Assembly: GCA_041659065.1 (NCBI GenBank)
Contig: JBAZYY010000001.1
Coordinates: 60,847 to 124,846 of the forward strand
Length of the DNA stretch: 64,000 bases
DNA from: Parcubacteria group bacterium
Lineage (GTDB): Bacteria; Patescibacteriota; Minisyncoccia; Moranbacterales; UBA11712
Direction: 5' to 3'
The translations under genes were made by a program, and so were the position numbers. Positions 47,308-55,772 of this stretch are shown here, one piece after another (the first letter of the stretch is position 1; each line of letters opens with the position of its first letter). Below the pieces are notes generated by a model. It worked only from the letters and a program-made list of their open reading frames with translations, was not told where the DNA came from and did no database searches.

Positions 47308-47495
47308 TAAGATTTCGCTTATTAGTTAGTAGTATAATTTTTTTCGTGACCGCCAGATTGACTCAATAATTCTAGCACAAACAAAAGCTGTAGTATACCG
47401 TATGCCGCTGCAGCAGTTAAGGTGAAAAGAATCCGACTCCCGCGGGATTTAAAGTTTCTTTGATTTTTTGATCAGCGTCAGTTTTTCAGATTTTC

Positions 47496-47702
47496 TCATT
47501 TTTTTGATTCGAGATTCTTCTTTGGAAGCCGCCGAACGGTTTTTAAATTTTTTGAATAAGCTAATTTCACCGGCCGTCGGGCAAAAGTGTATTTCGCGCC
47601 CAACTTGGAATCGTTATGTTCGGCAATTCTCCGCGCGAGATTCGTGGTAATTCCGGTATATAGAGTTTTGTCGGCGCATTCGAGGATATAAAGGTAGTAC
47701 AT
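47496..47702 (-). CDS. GIY-YIG nuclease-domain protein (short)
   Basis: [29 protein letters not shown]. Confidence 0.7.
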   Translation of the reverse strand: MYYLYILECADKTLYTGITTNLARRIAEHNDSKLGAKYTFARRPVKLAYSKNLKTVRRLPKKNLESKK

Positions 47703-47801
47703 AATTCTGTGTTTTGGAATTTAAGCCGGAGCTATATTCCTTAAGCTTAATTCTAGCGAAGCATTGTCACAGCCGCCAAGAGGAAAAGCAGGCGGATGTA
47801 G

Positions 47802-48332
47802 TCAAATAAGTATTAATTTTTTAACAAAGGTTATCTTCGTGCCTTGTTTAATTTCAGTATCTGCAGATTTGACTAATTTTCTCTTTCCCGGCACTTTCAT
47901 AAGTTTTTGTCCGTTGGTTTCAATAATAAATTCATCTGCGAATCCTTTTACTCTTGACAACCCATGTCCCGGTGAACCATATAAGATGTCATTATTCGGA
48001 TCGCCATCCCAGCTTTCATTATCAGCTACTATTACTGTAATTTTATTAGGTTCAAAGTTTACTGCTATTTCACCTCCGGTGGCGTACTCTAACGCATTTT
48101 TGCTCAGTTCAACTATGCAGTAGCAGAGGAAAGATATTTTTGGGTTGGCGGAATCAAGTTGATTCTCGGCAAATATTGTATCTAACCAAGCATTTAATCT
48201 TCCAACTAAGCGGTAAGTATCAATGGGTGTTTCAATATCGCCAAAATGATCGTCATCGAAATGAATTTTATAACATTTGGGATTAGTCTCTTTTTTCTCC
48301 GGTTGCTTAAATAACCTTCCTTCGTCTTCCAT
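47802..48332 (-). CDS. RsbW-like anti-sigma-factor kinase / GHKL ATPase-domain protein
   Basis: N-box-like ELSKNALEYA, G1-like VIVADNESWDG and G2-like GSPGHGLSRVKGFAD. Confidence 0.5.
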   Translation of the reverse strand: MEDEGRLFKQPEKKETNPKCYKIHFDDDHFGDIETPIDTYRLVGRLNAWLDTIFAENQLDSANPKISFLCYCIVELSKNALEYATGGEIAVNFEPNKITVIVADNESWDGDPNNDILYGSPGHGLSRVKGFADEFIIETNGQKLMKVPGKRKLVKSADTEIKQGTKITFVKKLILI

Positions 48333-48383
48333 GCAAATTCTATAAATATTAAGCTAATTATCCTTCTCCCCCGCTATTGGAAT

Positions 48384-48782
48384 TCAGAGCGGCTCATCTC
48401 GATATTCCCCCTTGTAGTTTATAAGTTGATCACTAGGAATTCCAAGCGATAGTCCGTATCGCTCTGCCTCGTCGTATTGCTCTTTGCTTTTGCGATTCAC
48501 GCGGAAAACTTTGTCTCGGTAAATTATATAATGGTGCGTATCGTTTTTGAAATCGGCGTACCAGGAACCGCCGTGCGCGCTGTCGAGCGAGTGGCTGATT
48601 TTTTTCGCGACTGACGCCGCCTCGTCTTCCGGAATGTCAACTTCATGTTTTGTCCACTGTGAAAGCCAAGGGGTTTCATGATGCGCGTCAACTTTTTCAA
48701 TCTCCGTGCCCAAAATTTTGATATCTTTCAAAATATACTTGTTTTCCAGACTCTCTTCGATTATAACGCCTCTGTAGTTCAT
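48384..48782 (-). CDS. Hypothetical protein
   Basis: 132 aa, His-rich, no recognisable motif. Preceded by an AAGGGA RBS and the shared palindromic promoter motif. Confidence 0.45.
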   Translation of the reverse strand: MNYRGVIIEESLENKYILKDIKILGTEIEKVDAHHETPWLSQWTKHEVDIPEDEAASVAKKISHSLDSAHGGSWYADFKNDTHHYIIYRDKVFRVNRKSKEQYDEAERYGLSLGIPSDQLINYKGEYRDEPL

Positions 48783-48804
48783 ATATTTCCCTTATACACC
48801 GTCG

Positions 48805-48847
48805 GAATTACATAATTATTTTATCCCTAAGATTAGACTTTAGAAAT
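48805..48847. repeat. Bipartite palindromic promoter motif, copy 1 (GGAATTACATAATT ... CCCTAAGATTAGACTTTAGAAA)
   Basis: Read from sequence; a degenerate copy of the motif also seen at 48881-48919 and 50072-50127. Confidence 0.6.
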
Positions 48848-48880
48848 GGCTACAAATTGCATCATAATATTACGGCCGTG

Positions 48881-48919
48881 GAATTATGAATCTGTTTCCT
48901 AAAGTTCGACTTTAGGAAT
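48881..48919. repeat. Bipartite palindromic promoter motif, copy 2 (GGAATTATGAAT ... TCCTAAAGTTCGACTTTAGGA)
   Basis: The 21-nt hairpin TCCTAAAGT-tcg-ACTTTAGGA is identical to the one at 50106-50126. Confidence 0.65.
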
Positions 48920-48927
48920 GATTGGAT

Positions 48928-50025
48928 TTATCTTTTTCGAGAATATGCCAATTGCTTACCGCGAAATTGCTTCTTTGCCGCAATATGCTTTGCCTTATCA
49001 CTCGTTTTATGTTTTATTCTTGCGATCTGGTCGGCTATCATTCGCTCGGCGTAATATTGTCTTTTGTCTCTCGCATTCTTTGGATCAAAATCTTTCCCTT
49101 TTTCTTTGAGGAGCCACTTTCTAATGAGCTTTTGCTCGTCTGGTGTGGCTAAAGTAGCGAATTCTTCTGGATAATTAATATATTGTTCACAGAGTATCGC
49201 CCAATATTCTGTCGTTATGAGATAATTTTTTTCATTGGGGTTAGGATTTCTAATTGCAGCAAGATAATTTCGAAAGACGCTTGTATTCGCAAGCTCGGAA
49301 GTCTGATAAGCGCGGCTCACTTCGACAAAAAAATCAATCCTTTGCTCCGGTGTCATAAAATTACTGAACGTCCCCTGATGCATATGCCCTATCTCGTGGC
49401 TTAATCTTAGAACAATTAACCTCGCATTATAACTAACTCCAAGCTCTTTCCCTTTATATTTTGCATTTTGGGGCGCTTTAAAAAAAATCAGATTGTCCTT
49501 GTTGAGACTTTCAACTCCTCCGACGACATAATCATTTTGCATCCCGTATTTGGGCTGAGCCTTATAAACCTTATTTTGAAATTTTACTTCTGCAACATTT
49601 TTGTTTATTGTTCCCGCAGGATAACATCCTTCTTCTTCGCTAAAAATTTTTGACAAAAATTTCTGGTCAACTCCAAGCTTTTCGAACCCAATTATTTTTG
49701 GGCGAGCTGGAATTTTTCCCTTGGCTTCGCGAGCCTGTTTGTCGGCAATCGATAATTGTTCAAATAAGTAATCCGAGTATAAATCATCGAGGTATTCAAT
49801 TTTTTCCCGATACTCCGGGTTATTTTTTAAAATTCTTTCTCTATATTTTTCAGCTGCCTGTGATTTGACTTGTTTTTTGGCTAGCGCCGCGTCACTTGTG
49901 CCCAAAGTCAAAATTCCGGCTGCCAATGCGACGTTAGCGAATTTTTTAAACAAATTTCTTTTTGCCACAGGATTATTTTCAGAATCCGAAACTTTTTTTA
50001 TTTTGGTAAAATTTTCAAGTCCCAT
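48928..50025 (-). CDS. Secreted HExxH-motif protein (putative zinc metallopeptidase), Lys-rich
   Basis: N-terminal signal/anchor (VALAAGILTLGTSDAALA), LSHEIGHMHQG motif and a basic C-terminus. Confidence 0.55.
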   Translation of the reverse strand: MGLENFTKIKKVSDSENNPVAKRNLFKKFANVALAAGILTLGTSDAALAKKQVKSQAAEKYRERILKNNPEYREKIEYLDDLYSDYLFEQLSIADKQAREAKGKIPARPKIIGFEKLGVDQKFLSKIFSEEEGCYPAGTINKNVAEVKFQNKVYKAQPKYGMQNDYVVGGVESLNKDNLIFFKAPQNAKYKGKELGVSYNARLIVLRLSHEIGHMHQGTFSNFMTPEQRIDFFVEVSRAYQTSELANTSVFRNYLAAIRNPNPNEKNYLITTEYWAILCEQYINYPEEFATLATPDEQKLIRKWLLKEKGKDFDPKNARDKRQYYAERMIADQIARIKHKTSDKAKHIAAKKQFRGKQLAYSRKR

Positions 50026-50071
50026 AAGGCTAATCTATTCTATGTGATTTTTTATATCTTCCCTCGCCGCC

Positions 50072-50127
50072 GGAATTACGTAATTTGTCATGTAGCTCCC
50101 CTGATTCCTAAAGTTCGACTTTAGGAG
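50072..50127. repeat. Bipartite palindromic promoter motif, copy 3 (GGAATTACGTAATT ... TCCTAAAGTTCGACTTTAGGA)
   Basis: Perfect 12-nt palindrome AATTACGTAATT plus a perfect 9-bp-stem hairpin; upstream of the HExxH gene. Confidence 0.65.
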
Positions 50128-50186
50128 AGATTATTGTCTGCACGATTATTTATTTACCTCCCCGATTCATAATCGCCAACTCTCTC

Positions 50187-50555
50187 TTAACTCTCGATAA
50201 TTACCTCCACCTTATCTAAATCAAAAACCTCTTTAACCTCAATGATGATCGCGCATTTGACCTCAAATTTTGTGCCTTTGTTTCTTTTTTTGGCGATTTC
50301 GAAATATTCTCCTTTGTCATGAAGATCGGCCGTCCCTTTGAGGCGCAGATATTTCCCGCTGTTCATGGCGACGACCGAAACCCGATTGTCTTTTTTGAGA
50401 TTCGAAAGAGTCGTTTGCGTTTGGCAAGCATTGATGAGTAATTTTTCACCAATGAAGCCCTCCGACATCATCACGATGGTATGCGGCCCGCTTTCTTCGG
50501 AATAGGTCGCAAGAACCAGCTCCACTCCCTCTTTAAATATTTCTTTCCAGTCCAT
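50187..50555 (-). CDS. Pyridoxamine 5'-phosphate oxidase-like FMN-binding split-barrel protein
   Basis: 122 aa with a family-like N-terminus (VELVLATYSEESGPHTIVMM) and C-terminus (YLRLKGTA). Confidence 0.55.
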   Translation of the reverse strand: MDWKEIFKEGVELVLATYSEESGPHTIVMMSEGFIGEKLLINACQTQTTLSNLKKDNRVSVVAMNSGKYLRLKGTADLHDKGEYFEIAKKRNKGTKFEVKCAIIIEVKEVFDLDKVEVIIES

Positions 50556-50753
50556 AAATTTTATTTACTTAGATAATCGCGGATTTGTAATCCTTTCCTA
50601 GCTAAACAGGGCTTTGTCGTTTAATGAGGCAGTAAACCAACCGATGTCGCCCACGAGCTTAATTGGCAGGGTGAGCTTGATGCTGCATCCTCATCCTAGC
50701 CCAAATTCCGCATTATTTCAAATAAAAAGCCCCGGTCGGAAAAAAATGAAACA

Positions 50754-50790
50754 TTGACAATGGGTGGTTTTTGCTGTAATTTTCAGAAAA
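50754..50790 (+). promoter_or_regulatory. Sigma70-like promoter (TTGACA ... TGTAAT) upstream of the 50809 ORF
   Basis: TTGACA at 50754-50759 and a -10-like TGTAAT ~15-17 nt downstream; GAGGAGG RBS 7 nt before the ATG. Confidence 0.45.
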
Positions 50791-50808
50791 ATACCGAGAT
50801 GAGGAGGC

Positions 50809-51228
50809 GTGGCCATGGAGGGATATGGGGGAAAAATTTCACAAAAAATAGCCAGAATTTGGAATCGCGTCATTGTCAGGAGTAACTATGATGTACTCTA
50901 TGACGAACTCCGAAGCCTGGAGTTCTTTTGCATCCTGTTCGTAGTTGGGGCTTTCGGCTTCCTTTTTGCCCAATGCGAATTCGCATCAGTTTTAGAAAAA
51001 GATCAATTTCTCGTGTTTCTTGAGGCGATCTTTTTTCTCTTACAAGCCGTGATGGCATTATTTCTGAAGGCCGCATCAAAAAAAGCCATCCTCAGGCTCA
51101 AGAAGGACTTTGAGTTCATCAATAGCGGATTTGCGCGCATGATAATCTTAACTAGGTACGAACGTGCCGGTGCGCAATTCCGCAGGATGTTGAGAAAAAT
51201 TTTCCCTGGCCAGTTGAGAGGTATATAA
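50809..51228 (+). CDS. Small membrane protein, hypothetical
   Basis: Good promoter and RBS, two hydrophobic helices and a basic C-terminus. Confidence 0.4.
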   Translation: MAMEGYGGKISQKIARIWNRVIVRSNYDVLYDELRSLEFFCILFVVGAFGFLFAQCEFASVLEKDQFLVFLEAIFFLLQAVMALFLKAASKKAILRLKKDFEFINSGFARMIILTRYERAGAQFRRMLRKIFPGQLRGI

Positions 51229-51250
51229 GAAAGCTCCCACCTGTCATCAA

Positions 51251-51285
51251 GGGCATCCCGCTGGCTGGGATGCCCTGCTTTATAT
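51251..51285. terminator. Hairpin GGGCATCCC-gctggct-GGGATGCCC between convergent genes
   Basis: Perfect 9-bp stem followed by a T-rich tract. Confidence 0.55.
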
Positions 51286-51321
51286 ACAAAGCAACTTTAT
51301 AATTCAAAAAAAATATCTTTT

Positions 51322-51879
51322 TCAACCTTTCAGCTTTTTGACCCAAGCGATAAGCGCAACCAACAGCTCCTCTATTTTTTCCTTGCTCTTCTCATTTTGA
51401 ATTTTGCCGCCTATGATATTTTCCGCTGCGAATGGCACCATGACTTCCGGGCGATTGATTGGATACATATCAAGAAAAACAAAAGACTGGCGGAGATGAT
51501 ATTGTGCTCTCGCTCCTCCGAGCATGCCAATTGAAGCGCTCATGACAGCCACCGGTTTTCCCTCAAGGCTGTTGTCGCCGTGAGGACGCGAAGCCCAGTC
51601 AATGGCATTTTTAAGCACGCCGGGGATTGAATAATTATATTCAGGAGAGGCAATTAGGACTGCGTCAGCTGATTTTACCAAATTTTTGAATTTTTTCACG
51701 CCTTCGGACGGATTAGTTTCGAAGTCTTGATTAAACAAGGGAAGGTTGATGTCCGCGATTTCAATTTCCGCTTCCGGCGGGCAAATTTTCAGAGCTTCGT
51801 TCATCAAAGCTTTGTTGTAGGAATCTTCGCGTAGACTACCAATCAGTCCGACTATTTTTATTTTGGGTGCGTTATTCAT
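51322..51879 (-). CDS. NADPH-dependent FMN reductase (flavodoxin-like fold)
   Basis: IKIVGLIGSLREDSYNKAL N-terminus typical of the NADPH-dependent FMN reductase family; 185 aa. Confidence 0.8.
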   Translation of the reverse strand: MNNAPKIKIVGLIGSLREDSYNKALMNEALKICPPEAEIEIADINLPLFNQDFETNPSEGVKKFKNLVKSADAVLIASPEYNYSIPGVLKNAIDWASRPHGDNSLEGKPVAVMSASIGMLGGARAQYHLRQSFVFLDMYPINRPEVMVPFAAENIIGGKIQNEKSKEKIEELLVALIAWVKKLKG

Positions 51880-51903
51880 ATCTTCAAATCTAATAATTAT
51901 TGC

Positions 51904-53139
51904 TTATGAATGCGATATCTGATAGATTACCCCGGCTTTGTCGTCCGATACGTAAATTTTCCCGTCTGGTCCGGTGACAATCCCGACAGGTCGGCCGAGG
52001 GCTTGGCTGTTTCCGGCCAGCCATCCGGTGGCAAAATCTTCCGAACCGAGATAATTTCCGGAGGCGTCGAATTTAAAGCGGACTATCTTATATCCTGTCG
52101 GAACGCTTCTGTTCCATGAGCCGTGGTAAGCGACCAGGAGGTCATTCTGGTAGTCCGCGGGAAATTGGCTTCCCTGGAGAAAATCAAGCCCGAGCGGAGC
52201 GGAATGCGCCTGGATGTCGATGAAAGAAGGCTCGGTAGTTTTGCAAAAATCAATTTTAGCTCCGGCGGGATCAAAATTGGAGTCATGAACTTGCTTTCCA
52301 TAGCAATAAGGCCAGCCGTAGTTTTTTCCTTCGCGAATTATATCGATTGTATCCGGGGGCAAGTTATCACCCAGGAAATCCCGACCCATATCCGTGGCCC
52401 AAATTTCGTTTGTTTTCGGATCCACGGCCATGAACACGGCGTTCCGGAGGCCGGTGGCAAACGGCTGGAAATTGCTTCCGTCTTTATTGAGGGAGGAAAT
52501 TGCCGCCCGGCGCGCATCATTCTCGACGCAGGCGTTGCAAGAAGACCCGATTGAGACATACAGCCGTCCGTCCGGACCGAACAGCAGGCTGCGGGTAGTG
52601 TGCTCGCCTCCCGCGGGCAGATCAACAATTTTTTGCTTGGTCGCTTCGGTGTAGAGAGGAATTTTCGAGATTTGGTTTTCTTCGCCGATATAGAGCGTGG
52701 CCGCGGCATCCGGATCAAGCGCGAGCCCATGTGGATGGTTAAGTCCCGTCAGGACATCGCTTTGATTCATGACGACGCCATTTTGAATTTCGAGTTGAGT
52801 CACAACGCCGGCAGAGGGGCGACTGACCCACATATTGCCAAGCTTATCAAAAATCATTACCCGTGCGTCCGGAAGATTTTTGGCAAAAATAGAAATTGAA
52901 AATCCGGCCGGCAAGGTTAGTGGCAACCCGGTGGAATTGGTCGTATTCGTTGGGGCTGCAGGACTGGGGGAATTATTCGAAGCAGTTTGGATTGTAGTGG
53001 GCAAGAAATCAGTAATGTTCTGCGCCGGTTTCTGAAAGGCCGGGGCGCTGCCTCGAAAATTTTTCCACACAAAATACCCGCCCCCGGAAAGCAGGATGAT
53101 GACTGCTAAAATCATTGCAAATATGGATATTTTTTTCAT
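51904..53139 (-). CDS. Membrane-anchored PQQ-dependent sugar dehydrogenase-like beta-propeller protein
   Basis: N-terminal TM helix; HPHGLALDP, HTTRSLLFGPDGRLYVSIGS and GRPVGIVTGPDGKIYVSD repeats resembling soluble glucose/sorbosone dehydrogenases. Start at an internal Met (MKKISIF). Confidence 0.55.
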   Translation of the reverse strand: MKKISIFAMILAVIILLSGGGYFVWKNFRGSAPAFQKPAQNITDFLPTTIQTASNNSPSPAAPTNTTNSTGLPLTLPAGFSISIFAKNLPDARVMIFDKLGNMWVSRPSAGVVTQLEIQNGVVMNQSDVLTGLNHPHGLALDPDAAATLYIGEENQISKIPLYTEATKQKIVDLPAGGEHTTRSLLFGPDGRLYVSIGSSCNACVENDARRAAISSLNKDGSNFQPFATGLRNAVFMAVDPKTNEIWATDMGRDFLGDNLPPDTIDIIREGKNYGWPYCYGKQVHDSNFDPAGAKIDFCKTTEPSFIDIQAHSAPLGLDFLQGSQFPADYQNDLLVAYHGSWNRSVPTGYKIVRFKFDASGNYLGSEDFATGWLAGNSQALGRPVGIVTGPDGKIYVSDDKAGVIYQISHS

Positions 53140-53338
53140 AATGCGTTTGGCGTGAAAAATTATCACTTACCCTCTATTGCAGTTATTACAATCAATCAGC
53201 AGATTTCTTTAAGGATTATAGCATATTTTGCCGCAAAACAATTTCTTGCAAGCTATCGAATTTTAGGCCTGGAACTTGATAATTACCGAAAAATCGAATA
53301 GAATAAATGAGTCTGTTTATCCAGATTGCCGTGTATAT

Positions 53339-53412
53339 TGGGGAGTAGCCAAGCGGTAAGGCAGTGGCCTCTGAAGCCACCATCGGGGGTCCGAATCCCT
53401 CCTCCCCAGCCA
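53339..53412 (+). tRNA. tRNA-Gln (anticodon CUG)
   Basis: Manual cloverleaf: acceptor UGGGGAG/CUCCCCA (U1-A72), D-arm GCC...GGC, anticodon stem GUGGC/GCCAC with loop CUCUGAA, T-arm GGGGG-UCCGAAU-CCCUC, CCA encoded. Confidence 0.85.
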
Positions 53413-53652
53413 TCTTTCGCCAAGGCTTCAGAGTGGCTTTGAAACAATCTTTTGCGTAAGACCACAGAGTGGCTTTGGCTGCAATAAAATGTTCTATTTA
53501 TATATTATTTATAGCTCAAAATCTAGAAATTTCTATTACGTCTAAAATCTGGATCAGAAAAAGCTTTCGCATATAAAAGACTGCTGAATTTGGAAGCCTT
53601 AAGGAAAGATAAGTGAAGCGCCTTTGGTATTCCGAAGCTTTAGCGAAGGATA

Positions 53653-53666
53653 CCCTCCTCCCCAGC
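53653..53666 (+). repeat. 14-nt direct repeat of the tRNA-Gln 3' end (CCCTCCTCCCCAGC), 243 bp downstream of the tRNA
   Basis: Exact match to 53397-53410 inside the tRNA T-arm/acceptor. Confidence 0.55.
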
Positions 53667-53703
53667 TGATAAATTAACTTTTAGAAAATATTTACTTAAG
53701 CGC

Positions 53704-54474
53704 ATGGATAGAGTTGTGCTATTCCGTTATCACAAAAAACCGCTTATTTGTCGCAGCAGATTGCGGCTGATAAGAAAATTTAATCCGAGAATAAAGATTT
53801 TCGGACTTTATGGCGGGAAGGAATCGCAATTTCCAAAGTATCAAAAATATCTGGGATCATTTTTTGAGCATAATTACTGCATAAAAGGCAAATCAAATAA
53901 TTGGAAATGGAAAAACAGCGATCTGGCTATCAAGCTGTGGTATAAAAGTATTGGCAAAAAAATTGAATTTGATATGCTTCACGTTATTGAGTGGGATCTT
54001 TTGCTTTTCGATTCGTTGGATAAAATTTATAAAAAAATTCCTGAAAATAGCCTGGGCTTAACAGCTCTTACTCCATATAAAAACGTTGAAAATAAATGGT
54101 TCAAGCCATTTAGAGGTGAGTGGATAAAGCTATTGAAATACGCGCAGGATAAGTATAGCTATAACGGAAAACCCCAGGCCGCGCTGGGGCCAGGCTTTTG
54201 CCTCCCCAAAAAATTCTTGGAGAAGTATAGCGAAATTCAAGTTCCTGTATTATGTAACGATGAATTGCGCCTGGCGTTATTTGGTCAAATTTTTAAGCAT
54301 AAACTAATTAATACGGGCTTCTACCTAAAATGGTTTGATTTTGTTGGAGAGCTGCTTTTTAATTGCAGGGGGAAAGAAATTCCTTTGGCGTTAATTAGAA
54401 GAGAGCTTAAGAAAAAGGGCGGAAAAAGATCATTTCATCCTTTCCGAAAACGACTTAAAAAATCTATGCTATAG
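53704..54474 (+). CDS. Hypothetical protein, Lys-rich
   Basis: 256 aa ORF with no recognisable motif and no obvious RBS; lies in the tRNA-adjacent islet. Confidence 0.4.
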   Translation: MDRVVLFRYHKKPLICRSRLRLIRKFNPRIKIFGLYGGKESQFPKYQKYLGSFFEHNYCIKGKSNNWKWKNSDLAIKLWYKSIGKKIEFDMLHVIEWDLLLFDSLDKIYKKIPENSLGLTALTPYKNVENKWFKPFRGEWIKLLKYAQDKYSYNGKPQAALGPGFCLPKKFLEKYSEIQVPVLCNDELRLALFGQIFKHKLINTGFYLKWFDFVGELLFNCRGKEIPLALIRRELKKKGGKRSFHPFRKRLKKSML

Positions 54475-54570
54475 CTTTTTCATATATATTAAAAAAAATT
54501 CAAACATTGTCTCGCAATTGAAGCAACTGTTAAAATAATAGCTTGCAAAAGCTTTTTTCGTTTGCTTAAA

Positions 54571-54599
54571 TTGACAATGGAGATAAAAAAGACTATAAT
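54571..54599 (+). promoter_or_regulatory. Consensus sigma70 promoter TTGACA-N17-TATAAT with ~175 nt leader before the 54775 gene
   Basis: TTGACA at 54571-54576 and TATAAT at 54594-54599; a palindromic CCATCAATGATGG lies just downstream of the -10. Confidence 0.55.
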
Positions 54600-54774
54600 A
54601 GATAGTTGACCATCAATGATGGCAATTTTTGTTTTTGGGATTGGAGTTTAGTTATTATCTTAGGTTCCTTAAATAACGTAATTTTTTCTACGATGCTAGC
54701 TTTTTTTCGCTTATAAATAGGAAAAAGAAAGCTCGTCTCGTAGAGAGAGCTATTAAATTTTATGGAGGTGTACG

Positions 54775-55584
54775 ATGGCAGCAAAGTCGTATGCTACTGG
54801 CTGGACCTCGGAATCCCCGACGCCCGCCCAGATGAAAGAGTTCATGGCACAAGCTGAAAGCGGTCGGATCACTAAAACCCGGATGCAAAATTTTCTTCGG
54901 GCAAACCATGACCAGATTCTGCTTTCCAGAACGACCGAGGCAGAAGCTCGGGCGAGCGAGATTTTAGATCGCCGCAATGTTATCACTGCCTATGAGGTCG
55001 CAGAGAGATGGGCAATGGAAATTGATCCCCCTACCCGGATTCCCTACACCGCAAAAACGTTGGAAAGGTGTGCCCGGGAAAATGACAGTAATGAGAACTG
55101 GTACCTGATTTATGTCATCGGACTTTCATTGCGTGAGCAATACAGCATCCGTGGACCTAATATTCCCGGCGGTCGGGGTGGGAGTTTTAGGGGCAAACCG
55201 CCTGATATCAGCGACGAATATCTAGAGCGTTCATTTCAATCTGGATACTACCTCTTAAACATCCGGTGCAATTTCACTAAAATGAGGTGGCAAGATCAGA
55301 CAAATGTTATAGGGGCCTGGGGTGAAAAATATAAGCGCGCAGACGAGCGCATGCTTAGCGAGGTTATGCTATCTCGCCTTATGGTGAAATATGTTCACTT
55401 CGCTGGCATTTATCCTGGATTCTATCACTGGGGATTTGGGATGATGCCCGAATGCAATGGTAAGAGGATGGGAAGAGTCACTCTATATCAGGAGGGCGGT
55501 AATATCTGCTTTTCCTCCCAGCATCCTGACCACTTTAGTTCCTCAAACTATGGCGTCGTCATGCTTCGTGAGCCCGATTTCTAA
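54775..55584 (+). CDS. Hypothetical protein encoded by a compositionally atypical (GC-rich) gene
   Basis: Strong GGAGGTG RBS 6 nt upstream. GC content is visibly ~10 points above neighbouring genes. Strong terminator downstream. No recognisable motif. Confidence 0.55.
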   Translation: MAAKSYATGWTSESPTPAQMKEFMAQAESGRITKTRMQNFLRANHDQILLSRTTEAEARASEILDRRNVITAYEVAERWAMEIDPPTRIPYTAKTLERCARENDSNENWYLIYVIGLSLREQYSIRGPNIPGGRGGSFRGKPPDISDEYLERSFQSGYYLLNIRCNFTKMRWQDQTNVIGAWGEKYKRADERMLSEVMLSRLMVKYVHFAGIYPGFYHWGFGMMPECNGKRMGRVTLYQEGGNICFSSQHPDHFSSSNYGVVMLREPDF

Positions 55585-55645
55585 GCCACGGGTTAAGAGG
55601 TAAAATTTAGGGTATTTGTCAAATAACCTGATCCCTTCTTCGAAG

Positions 55646-55688
55646 CCGAGGTGCTGCAGCGCAGTACACACCTCGGTTTTCTTTTTTT
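55646..55688 (+). terminator. Rho-independent terminator after the GC-rich gene
   Basis: CCGAGGTG-15 nt loop-CACCTCGG followed by T-run TTTTCTTTTTTT. Confidence 0.75.
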
Positions 55689-55736
55689 AAAAGCAAACTT
55701 ATAAAATCCATATCGCGTATAAGTAAAAAACCGACC

Positions 55737-55766
55737 TCTCGAGGCCGGTTTTAAATAGGTCAGGTA
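55737..55766 (-). terminator. Putative terminator downstream of ftsX
   Basis: CCGACCTC-tc-GAGGCCGG hairpin with flanking A/T runs. Confidence 0.45.
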
Positions 55767-55772
55767 AAAAAA

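Noticed and set aside
53413-53652. Integrase or mobile-element genes next to tRNA-Gln
   Set aside because: The 240-bp segment between the tRNA and its 3'-end repeat has no ORF. No integrase/recombinase motif is present in the downstream genes, so only a scar or remnant is reported.
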